A DNA stretch of 64,000 nt. Origin: Desulfobacterales bacterium (GTDB taxonomy: Bacteria > Desulfobacterota > Desulfobacteria > Desulfobacterales > UBA5852). Position numbers and translations under genes: made by a program. The notes beneath the pieces were generated by a model. The model was not told the origin of the DNA and searched no databases. It was given only the letters and a program-made list of their open reading frames with translations. This document shows, piece after piece, positions 20,803-28,362 of the stretch (within the stretch, counting starts at the first letter, position 1; each line of letters begins with the position of its first letter). The DNA lies in NCBI GenBank assembly GCA_963674755.2, contig CAXXVS010000001.1:704001-768000 (forward strand), given 5' to 3'.

Positions 20803-21903
20803 ATGTTGCCAAATCAAACATCTATTAAAAATTACAACATCTATACCTACACATTTCTTGATGATTTATCTTTTATAAAAGATCCACACGAATATTTTGA
20901 ACATGAAACAAAAGAGACAATTGAAAATGCTATTGTTTTAGTAGGTGAAAAATTTAAGGAACATGGGTGGGAAGGTGATGGTTCAATTGGAATAATTTGG
21001 CTCCCACCGTTTATAGAAGAGGGAATAGAGGACACTTGGGGAACATACGTTTGGCATGTTAAACAAAATAATGACGGAATATCCTTTATAGCATCTTATG
21101 AACCATTAAATACAAAAAGGCTGGGACAGAACGAGTTTGGACTTTCAAGCGTACCCGGGAGAACGTTAACACCTATAAGCATTATCGAAACCGACGTAGA
21201 GTGGTTTTTGAAAGCAATTGATGGTGTCGAAAATAATTTAAAGGAATCAATAGAATTTTTAGCGATCACGTCATCACATGGTGTTACTGAGACAATTAAA
21301 GCAAATACGAACATTCATTACCAAAGCGTTTTGGTTAGATATTTTCAAGAATTTCTGGATGAGTGTTACCTGCAAATTTTAATTGATGCAATTGAAAATG
21401 GCAATCCACACAAAATTAAATTAAGAAAGTCCCAAATAAAAATTGACCTCGCTTCACATATGCCGGAACCTGATGATGAAGAGGATGATATTGTTGATAC
21501 AGCACTTACTATTAGATTTTTTATAGGTGATATGTGGAAAGCCTATAAATGGGAGCCATTTAAAACCAAAATGGATATGCTGTTTAAAAGTATTGATTAC
21601 AATTTGGATAGCACTTTTTCATATGAAATTAGAAAGCATGTAATTATCAGGAATTGCATGCAGCACCATGAAGGAAGTCTAGATCAAGATTCTTTAAAAC
21701 AGCTTGGAAGACAAAGCATTGAAATGAAGTGTGCCGGTGGAATATACCACATAAAAGTCTGGAAGCCTCTTAAAATTGAAGCAGAAGAAATTTATTCGTT
21801 ATGTGATTTACTTAAGAAATTTGTCGAAGATTTCCATAGACATATTAAGCGCAGGGTGCCTACAGTACATTACATTTCAAGAAAAACCCAACCTGAAACT
21901 TAA
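20803..21903 (+). CDS. Cassette gene: hypothetical protein with HEPN-like RxxxxH motif
   Basis: 366 aa; RNCMQH in a helical C-terminal half. Confidence 0.8.
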   Translation: MLPNQTSIKNYNIYTYTFLDDLSFIKDPHEYFEHETKETIENAIVLVGEKFKEHGWEGDGSIGIIWLPPFIEEGIEDTWGTYVWHVKQNNDGISFIASYEPLNTKRLGQNEFGLSSVPGRTLTPISIIETDVEWFLKAIDGVENNLKESIEFLAITSSHGVTETIKANTNIHYQSVLVRYFQEFLDECYLQILIDAIENGNPHKIKLRKSQIKIDLASHMPEPDDEEDDIVDTALTIRFFIGDMWKAYKWEPFKTKMDMLFKSIDYNLDSTFSYEIRKHVIIRNCMQHHEGSLDQDSLKQLGRQSIEMKCAGGIYHIKVWKPLKIEAEEIYSLCDLLKKFVEDFHRHIKRRVPTVHYISRKTQPET

Positions 21904-22016
21904 GCGGACCGGGAATAGCGGTGCTTTTTTTAAACAATTTACTTGCGTGTTTTTAAATAGTTTTTTACAACCTTTGTCAGGGCTTGTTCCCCGGCCCGCT
22001 TAGTTCATAGTTATGT
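21886..22016 (+). other. attC site 5 (long)
   Basis: ACCCAAC...AACTTAAGCGGACCGGG/CCCGGCCCGCTTAGTT...GTTATGT. Confidence 0.88.
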
Positions 22017-22032
22017 AAAAAGGAAACTATGC

Positions 22033-22419
22033 ATGTCCGATACTTTATTAGGTGTAATTATTGGAGGTCTAATAGCAAGCATTGGCCCATTAATTACTCT
22101 CAAAATGAACCATACGAAATGGAAGTGTGAAAAAAAACTCGAATACCTTAAGGAAAAGAGAAACAAGTTAGAAAAAGCATGTTCTGGAACACTAACAAAA
22201 ATTGCGGAAGGTATACTAAAGAATAATTATTCGTCCGATATGATGAGTGATATTGATTTTTTATTTCCTGAGAAGGTTTCAAAAGCATTTGAAAATCTGA
22301 TGAAAGAAGATGATAAAACAGAGCTTAAAATGCAAAAACATTATTATCTTATTGCTCGTGCTATGAAACAATCCATCGCAGAATTGGATGAAGATATTTG
22401 TAAAATTATATCTACATAG
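22033..22419 (+). CDS. Cassette gene: TM-anchored helical hypothetical protein
   Basis: 128 aa, AGGA RBS; cassette bounded by GTTATGT and ACATAAC. Confidence 0.85.
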   Translation: MSDTLLGVIIGGLIASIGPLITLKMNHTKWKCEKKLEYLKEKRNKLEKACSGTLTKIAEGILKNNYSSDMMSDIDFLFPEKVSKAFENLMKEDDKTELKMQKHYYLIARAMKQSIAELDEDICKIIST

Positions 22420-22454
22420 TTTAATACGATTTATTTATGGTGTACTCATAATGC

Positions 22455-22652
22455 ACATAACAATCTAATCAACCGGAACCTGAACAGGGTCGCATCTTAA
22501 TTATTAACTATTGACATCTGCTCTATATCAGTTCGTTATACCGACGGACGATTCCGAAATAGAGTGAGGCAAATAGAACGTCGTATAATTAGGATTCGAC
22601 CCTCTTTATCTCCCAAACTATGTGTAGCGTCTGCTTATGGCCATCGTTATAA
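22455..22652 (+). other. Disrupted attC site 6, split by a type A element
   Basis: R'' ACATAAC at 22455 and R' GTTATAA at 22646 separated by the 22487-22602 element. Confidence 0.7.
22487..22602. mobile_element. Type A palindromic miniature element, copy 1
   Basis: GGGTCGCATCTTAATTA...TAATTAGGATTCGACCC; near-identical to copies 2 and 3. Confidence 0.8.
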
Positions 22653-22667
22653 CTTAAAGGAAATAAC

Positions 22668-23162
22668 ATGGATATAGGAAAGCTACTGTCAGATTTAAAA
22701 GGGAAGGTATTAGATGCCTCCCATTTTGATCTTCTAAGGCATGCATACGATCTGCAAGAGCAAAATATCGTACAACTTAAGAGCAATAATGCCGCGTTAA
22801 AGGAAAGCAACGATTTATTAAAAGACAAGCTTTCTTCTTACGTTAAAAAAATTGAAGATCTCGAAGAGGAAAATTCAAAACTTACCAAGCAAGTCATATC
22901 GCAATCAAATTCTAAATCAGAAAAAATTGTTTTGTCTGATAGTGCAATAGCAGTGCTAAAAAAGATCGTACAAGAAGATGTCACTGATTTTTATCAAAAT
23001 GCCATTATTGATGTTCTGGGGATGGGTAGAATAGCGACCCAAGCTGCACTTGATGAATTATCTGAAAAGGGCCTTATTGATTGCATGTCAGCAAGGCCTG
23101 GGTATGGCTTGCATTATCATCTAACAAGCAAAGCGAAGAAAGCGCTAACCAGTGTAGTATAG
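22668..23162 (+). CDS. Cassette gene: coiled-coil + winged-helix-like protein
   Basis: Heptad-rich N-half; ALDELSEKGLI...YHLTSKA wHTH-like tail. Confidence 0.8.
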   Translation: MDIGKLLSDLKGKVLDASHFDLLRHAYDLQEQNIVQLKSNNAALKESNDLLKDKLSSYVKKIEDLEEENSKLTKQVISQSNSKSEKIVLSDSAIAVLKKIVQEDVTDFYQNAIIDVLGMGRIATQAALDELSEKGLIDCMSARPGYGLHYHLTSKAKKALTSVV

Positions 23163-23206
23163 TTATAATACATAAAGATTGAAACGACCTAAATAGGAAA
23201 GTATTT

Positions 23207-23329
23207 GGGTCGCATCTTAATTATTAACTATTAACATCTGTCCTATATCAGTTCGCTATACCAACTGACGATTTCGAAATAGAGTGAGGCAAATAAAACA
23301 TCGTATAATTGATAATTAAGATGCAATTC
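23207..23329. mobile_element. Type A palindromic miniature element, copy 2
   Basis: Same left end and core; right end TAATTAAGATGCAATTC degenerate. Confidence 0.8.
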
Positions 23330-23377
23330 TCTTTATCACCCTTTTTATGAATAATATGAATAAAAGGAGAAATCGGC

Positions 23378-23641
23378 ATGTATGCAATGTTATCACTTGA
23401 TTTAGACAGAAAAACCACAAAGGAACAGCGTGATAAGTTCTATGCATATTTGAAGAAGGAACTGTGGACAAAGATGCCGAAAGTGACTACAACATGGTAT
23501 GCTGACTTTTCAACTGGTGTTACGGAATCTGGGGTTATTTCAACAACAAAAGCTGACGTTGCAAATGCTGCGAAACATGCTGGTGTCACTGCATATGATG
23601 CTGTTGTTCATGTTGGACCATCTAAACCAACACCATTCTAA
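23378..23641 (+). CDS. Small hypothetical protein (possible VapD/Cas2-like ferredoxin fold)
   Basis: 87 aa, AGGAG RBS; MYAMLSLDLD start; fold guess is weak. Confidence 0.75.
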   Translation: MYAMLSLDLDRKTTKEQRDKFYAYLKKELWTKMPKVTTTWYADFSTGVTESGVISTTKADVANAAKHAGVTAYDAVVHVGPSKPTPF

Positions 23642-23705
23642 AGAAAGGCCAAATAGGAACCTGAATAGGGTCACCCATTAAAAGACTCGTCAAAGGTGTT
23701 CTGAG

Positions 23706-24623
23706 ATGAAAGAAACATGTCCAATCTGCAATAACCAAATGAACTACACTTCGATTGGTAGCCGGGATGCTTCCTCAATAACTTGTGAGATATGCGGTGA
23801 ATATATTTTAACAAGAACAGCTTTAGTGAATTTAAGAAGCTCTAATTTGACGCCACGCCAAAGAGCGAATATTTATGGATGGTTGAGGATGAATCCGCAT
23901 TTCGAAATATCAACCGCTAATATTGATAGCCTTGAGAGACTCCCGAATCCATCCTTTCATGACAGAGCAGATAATTTGTTGTTGTATTTTGAAAATTTGA
24001 CGTCATACGCTGGGAAAAAACTCAATAAAAACAATTCATGGCTGGGTTTCTCTTCGAGTCTTAATCAAGATGAACTTAATGAAACAATTTCTTTCCTTGA
24101 ATCTGTAGGTCGTATTAGCCAAGAAAAAGTTGCTCCAAATCACCTTATCAAAATTGAGCCACAAGGGTGGTCTCATTTAGAAAAGATCAAGAAGATAAAT
24201 GAAGATAGTAATCAAGGATTTGTTGCAATGTGGTTTTCTGAAGATATGCAGAAAATTTACGATAGTGTTATATCAAAAGCAATTCTATCAGCTGGTTACT
24301 CGCCGCATCGTGTAGACCAGCGTGAGCACAATAATAAAATTGATGATGAAATCATTGCACAGATACGGAAAAGCCGGTTTGTTATAGCAGATTTCACTGG
24401 GCATAGAGGTGGTGTTTATTTCGAAGCTGGTTTTGCTAAAGGCCTAAATATCGAAGTGTTTTGGACATGTCGAGAAGATGATCTCGAAAATTTGCACTTT
24501 GACGTGAGGCAATATAACTGCATCACTTGGGAAATCGATAAATTGAATGAATTTGAAAATAAAATCAAAAATAGAATAGAAGCAGTTTTAGGGAGGGGCT
24601 CAGGACCAGGTATCGCCTTTTGA
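23706..24623 (+). CDS. Zn-ribbon + nucleoside 2-deoxyribosyltransferase/TIR-like protein
   Basis: CPIC...CEICG; FVAMWF, IDDEIIAQIRKSRFVIADFT..RGGVYFEAGFA, LHFD. Confidence 0.8.
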   Translation: MKETCPICNNQMNYTSIGSRDASSITCEICGEYILTRTALVNLRSSNLTPRQRANIYGWLRMNPHFEISTANIDSLERLPNPSFHDRADNLLLYFENLTSYAGKKLNKNNSWLGFSSSLNQDELNETISFLESVGRISQEKVAPNHLIKIEPQGWSHLEKIKKINEDSNQGFVAMWFSEDMQKIYDSVISKAILSAGYSPHRVDQREHNNKIDDEIIAQIRKSRFVIADFTGHRGGVYFEAGFAKGLNIEVFWTCREDDLENLHFDVRQYNCITWEIDKLNEFENKIKNRIEAVLGRGSGPGIAF

Positions 24624-24663
24624 CAATTTTTATATAAGGGAACCTGAATAGGAGAAAGTGTTG

Positions 24664-24786
24664 GGGTCGCATCTTAATTATTAACTATTGACATCTGCCC
24701 TATATCAGTTCGCTATACAGACCGACAATTCCGAAATAGAGTGAGGCAAATAAAACATCGTATAATTACTAATTAAGATCCGACCC
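24664..24786. mobile_element. Type A palindromic miniature element, copy 3 (most intact)
   Basis: 25-bp terminal inverted repeats with 3 mismatches. Confidence 0.82.
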
Positions 24787-24987
24787 TCGTTCCCTCTCCA
24801 GTGCATCAGAGTGCACTTTGTACTGTTTTAAGACGCTGTTTAGAGCACCAAATCATGCCCCGTAAATTGATGAGATTTGTTACTGATTATAAACTAATAT
24901 CTCAATATTTATACATTTCACGGAGAGAATAAAAAATCAGTTTTGCGGTCTAGGGCACAGGAAATGTGGCATTTGCCTTAAAATTTC

Positions 24988-25009
24988 GGTTCTCTAAACT
25001 AGGTTAGAA
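24988..25009 (+). other. Second, different attI-like site
   Basis: CTCTAAACTAGG/TTAGAA with no attC hairpin upstream; GTTAGAA complements TTCTAAC at 25454. Confidence 0.5.
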
Positions 25010-25022
25010 CAGCAAAATAGGA

Positions 25023-25448
25023 TTGAACATAGTGGATTGGAAAAAGTTCATAGAAGACTTATTAAAGTATGCAATTGTAATCGCCCCTGTTATTCTTTCT
25101 GCAGTTTTGGGCTATCTTTTTGCAAAATTTAGGGCCTTTCGTGAAGAAAAACAGAAAGCTTATAGTGAACTGCTACCTATCATAGTCAAGATGCTATATG
25201 ACCCTCAACCTGAAATCGAATCGGAATTTAGTAGATCATTAATGAAATTATGGCTCTATGCAAACAAGCGCGTAGCGAAAAAGTTAGATCATGCTATTGG
25301 ACTTTTTCATAAACCTGATAAACGAAATGAAGTTACCAAGGCTCTTCAAGAGGCGATAGTCGAAATGCGCAAGGATATACAAATTTTGCCTTGGCAAAGG
25401 TTGAAGCCTGATGATGTTCGTCATCTTTATACTAAAATTTCAAAATGA
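25023..25448 (+). CDS. Cassette gene: TM-anchored helical hypothetical protein
   Basis: 141 aa; LWLYANKRV...AIVEMRKDI. Confidence 0.8.
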   Translation: MNIVDWKKFIEDLLKYAIVIAPVILSAVLGYLFAKFRAFREEKQKAYSELLPIIVKMLYDPQPEIESEFSRSLMKLWLYANKRVAKKLDHAIGLFHKPDKRNEVTKALQEAIVEMRKDIQILPWQRLKPDDVRHLYTKISK

Positions 25449-25453
25449 AGTTG

Positions 25454-25520
25454 TTCTAACATTTTGCTTCACCAGATTCGGGCCAAAAAGCGGCCCTCTC
25501 TGGTGAGCAATTCGTTATGG
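25454..25520 (+). other. attC site
   Basis: TTCTAAC...TTGCTTCACCAGA/TCTGGTGAGCAA...GTTATGG. Confidence 0.92.
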
Positions 25521-25530
25521 ATCTAAAGAG

Positions 25531-25682
25531 ATGACAGATACTAAAACCACAGAATCGCAGGAAGGCGAATCTACAAAATTCGAGTCAACTCCAAATATTG
25601 GAATAGAGAAAGAGACTTATGGAATAGAACCTAAACATTTATCCACCCAAAAAGATGACAAAAAATGCAAGGAAGGTCTAAT
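25531..25682 (+). pseudogene. Cassette gene truncated by a type B element
   Basis: ORF starts just after GTTATGG and runs into the 25683 palindrome. Confidence 0.55.
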
Positions 25683-25744
25683 GGGGTCAAGTCTGCCCAT
25701 GACTCAATTAAATTTCAAGATGAGTCATGAGCAGACTTGACCCC
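25683..25744. mobile_element. Type B 62-bp palindromic element, copy 1
   Basis: GGGGTCAAGTCTGCCCATGACTC-N16-GAGTCATGAGCAGACTTGACCCC. Confidence 0.82.
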
Positions 25745-25780
25745 AAGACCACAAGAATAGACCCTAAGAATGCAAAAAAT

Positions 25781-26173
25781 ATGACCAAACGAAATATTGT
25801 ATATTTAATCATATCCGTTATTATCTTTCTGCCTCTTTTAAGCTATGCCATTAATCCATTACACAAGTCGCCTGACAAAATAAAAAATAAACTTATTAAA
25901 AAAACTAAAATAGGTTTTACAAAAGAAAAGGTGAAAGAAATCGGGAAGGCCCAGCTGAATTTAATTTTGAGAGAAGATGAGTATGGACCTCCTGATAGAG
26001 AAATGGTGATCCCTTTCAAAGATATCCTTCATACCTACTTAGAAGCTGAATTAGGATCTCATTTTTCACATGATTACTTTGTTTTTAGAACCTATGTTTA
26101 TGCCTATTGGGTGTTCGATAGAAATGATAAACTTATAGATATATTGATCTATAAAGAAACTGACGCCCTATAA
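25781..26173 (+). CDS. Cassette gene: exported hypothetical protein
   Basis: Hydrophobic N-terminus; YAYWVFDRNDKLIDILIYKETDAL; followed by attC. Confidence 0.75.
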   Translation: MTKRNIVYLIISVIIFLPLLSYAINPLHKSPDKIKNKLIKKTKIGFTKEKVKEIGKAQLNLILREDEYGPPDREMVIPFKDILHTYLEAELGSHFSHDYFVFRTYVYAYWVFDRNDKLIDILIYKETDAL

Positions 26174-26181
26174 AAATTCAG

Positions 26182-26243
26182 ACATAACCTGCTGCTGGTT
26201 GGGACGCGCAGGGGCTGCGCGCCCCACATCAGAGGCGCTAAAA
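26182..26243 (+). other. attC site ending in a GCT core
   Basis: ACATAAC...GGGACGCGCAG/CTGCGCGCCCC...GCTAAAA. Confidence 0.8.
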
Positions 26244-26620
26244 AAAATTTTCTCAATATCACTTCCCGAGATGGGGGTTTGCGGATTAAATACCCGGTAT
26301 TCCTCATAACGTCTCTGCAGCACAGGCCATTAACCACCATGCTCAACGGCACCCACTTTTTACTGACCTACACCTGCAACTTCGAATGCGACCACTGCTT
26401 TCTGTATTGCAGCCCATGGTCGAAGGGGACGTTTAGCATCGGTCAGGTGACGCGGGTGCTGGACGAGGTTCGGAAGATCGGCACGGTGGAATGGATTTTT
26501 TACGAGGGCGGCGAACCGTTTCTCTTCTACCCGCTGCTGTTGGAGAGTGTCCACCGGGCGGCGGAACGCGGGTTCAAGGTGGGAATCGTGACCAACGCCT
26601 AAACGTTGAGGCAAGGTGAA
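26241..26620 (+). repeat. ~380-bp direct repeat, copy 1, with radical SAM 5' stub (26339-26602)
   Basis: Near-identical to 30423-30804; CNFECDHC and YEGGEP motifs, then a premature stop. Confidence 0.92.
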
Positions 26621-26625
26621 GTAAT

Positions 26626-26687
26626 GGGGTCAAGTCTTCCCATGACTCAATTAAATTTCAAGATGAGTCATGAGCAGACTTGACCCC
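26626..26687. mobile_element. Type B 62-bp palindromic element, copy 2
   Basis: One substitution versus copy 1; both preceded by TAAT and followed by AAGACC. Confidence 0.82.
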
Positions 26688-26696
26688 AAGACCCCT

Positions 26697-26715
26697 CATA
26701 ATATTATAGTTGGAC
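26697..26715 (+). other. Putative attI core, copy 2
   Basis: CATAATATTATAG/TTGGAC; 15 nt identical to 18324-18338. Confidence 0.7.
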
Positions 26716-26722
26716 TAAAAAA

Positions 26723-27331
26723 ATGCCAAATTGTGATTACTATGGAACAATTGATGATCATGGAGATATATTAGAATTTCTATTTTCCGAAAATTTATGT
26801 GATATATTTGAATTGTATTCTGAGGTTGAAAGGCCTTTAAAAAAATTCAATTCACCTGAAGAAGTTCTAAGTCAATTTTCAAGATGTTATACAACAGGAA
26901 AAAAATGGCATACTGTTTACTTGCAGCTTTATGTAAAAGGGGCTGGACCAGATTTTAAGCCAACACTTAAAGAGTTGGTGCCTGAAAAAAATGATGGAGC
27001 TACTTTCAAATATAGGGCAGAAGGATGGGGATTGATTCAATTATATCTTTCTACGACAGTTGATAAGATATTACGTGATTCGCACTCAAATCATAATACT
27101 GAAAAACGAGCTAATAAATGGTCAAGTATCTGTAGTGAGTTAGAGGATCCTTCACTTTGGGACTTTTCAAAAATTACGAAATTCTCATCGCGGCTTAATC
27201 GGCAAATAAGAAAGAAGAAGGTGGCAAAATTAAATAGCCGCGTGGTGCTACCAGGCGGTTTAAAAGCATGGGATGAAGGGTGTACTCTGGCTCCATATCA
27301 TCCGGATAAGCATGAAATTGAAAGACTGTAA
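26723..27331 (+). CDS. Cassette gene: hypothetical protein
   Basis: 202 aa; EGWGLIQLY, SHSNHNTEKRA; bounded by GTTGGAC and GTCCAAC. Confidence 0.85.
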   Translation: MPNCDYYGTIDDHGDILEFLFSENLCDIFELYSEVERPLKKFNSPEEVLSQFSRCYTTGKKWHTVYLQLYVKGAGPDFKPTLKELVPEKNDGATFKYRAEGWGLIQLYLSTTVDKILRDSHSNHNTEKRANKWSSICSELEDPSLWDFSKITKFSSRLNRQIRKKKVAKLNSRVVLPGGLKAWDEGCTLAPYHPDKHEIERL

Positions 27332-27344
27332 ATTGTTAATCAGA

Positions 27345-27412
27345 GTCCAACAATTGGTTCCAGGTGACGCATTCCGCTGCGCTGCATGCGCCCCTGAACC
27401 ATAGCGTTGGGT
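27345..27412 (+). other. attC site
   Basis: GTCCAAC...TGGTTCCAGG/CCTGAACCA...GTTGGGT. Confidence 0.92.
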
Positions 27413-27427
27413 CAATAGGAATAAGTA

Positions 27428-28297
27428 ATGTTAAAGAAATTCGTAGATGGACTAATATTTGGTGCAGGCTTCGGCATTACATTCGTAGCGATTTTGTTCG
27501 CTTCCATATATTTCATATTACCAACTTTAGCAAAGAAATCATTTAATTCTTTAACTCCAACATCTCAAAACACCTTAGCAACTGTGCCAGCTATCGAGGC
27601 ACCAAAAACTCGCTATCTTGGTTCCACCAACATATCTTCAAGTGGTTTTACTCAAAAAGGAATACTGGCTACCGGTGATGGAAAAATAATAGGTAGTGCT
27701 ACAACCAACGGGAAGCTCCTCAATGGCCTAAAACTCCGATTAGCATTGAACGGTAGTGTTTATAGCTCTTGGGCTACCACTGATTTAGCAGGCGAATATA
27801 CAGTTAAAGTGCCTTACGGTGACTATATTATAGACGGTTTTGAATTTGATAAAACAACGGCTGATGAATTGTTGCCGAATATGATCTTACATCCTCAAAA
27901 CCCGCATTCGAGTAACAAATTTCAAGTAAATTCGTTGTCAGAGGGACGAGGCCTAACCTTTAAATTTGTAAATCCAATTATGAAGAAAATCAAAAAAAGC
28001 AAATTTAGTTCCGACGAGGATGTCATACTTGAATGGGAAGATTACCCAAATGCATCAAGCTATACTTTGCAAATTGATGAGAAATCTGATCCCTATTCTT
28101 GGGCGAGCGACCACTTATTTGAATGGTCTGATAGACCTGAAGTTTCAAAGTCGCATATTAACTTAAGTGAATACAAAATAAAATTGAAGCCTGGGAATTT
28201 TTATACAATAGATATTAGCGCCAAAGACAAAAACGGGAATTGGATATCAGAAAGTGCAAGAAACTACTCTGGCTATGATTTCGAAATTATAAAATAG
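27428..28297 (+). CDS. Cassette gene: membrane-anchored beta-sandwich protein
   Basis: N-terminal TM; ATTDLAGEYTV and LEWEDYPNASSY FN3-like patterns. Confidence 0.85.
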   Translation: MLKKFVDGLIFGAGFGITFVAILFASIYFILPTLAKKSFNSLTPTSQNTLATVPAIEAPKTRYLGSTNISSSGFTQKGILATGDGKIIGSATTNGKLLNGLKLRLALNGSVYSSWATTDLAGEYTVKVPYGDYIIDGFEFDKTTADELLPNMILHPQNPHSSNKFQVNSLSEGRGLTFKFVNPIMKKIKKSKFSSDEDVILEWEDYPNASSYTLQIDEKSDPYSWASDHLFEWSDRPEVSKSHINLSEYKIKLKPGNFYTIDISAKDKNGNWISESARNYSGYDFEIIK

Positions 28298-28307
28298 AAT
28301 TCATGCG

Positions 28308-28362
28308 ACCCAACATTGGGCTGTTGCCGACTCGGTTCCCTCGCGGCAAAGCTCTGGCGCTA
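28308..28362 (+). other. Last attC site, R' box interrupted by a group II intron
   Basis: ACCCAAC (complements GTTGGGT)...GCTGTTGCCG/CGGCAAAGC...GCTA then intron. Confidence 0.85.

Noticed and set aside
22487..24786. CRISPR array
   Set aside because: Repeats are ~120 bp and separated by whole genes; no cas genes are present
25727..25780. N-terminal extension MSRLDPK... of the 25781 gene
   Set aside because: Encoded by the type B palindrome and its stutter repeats
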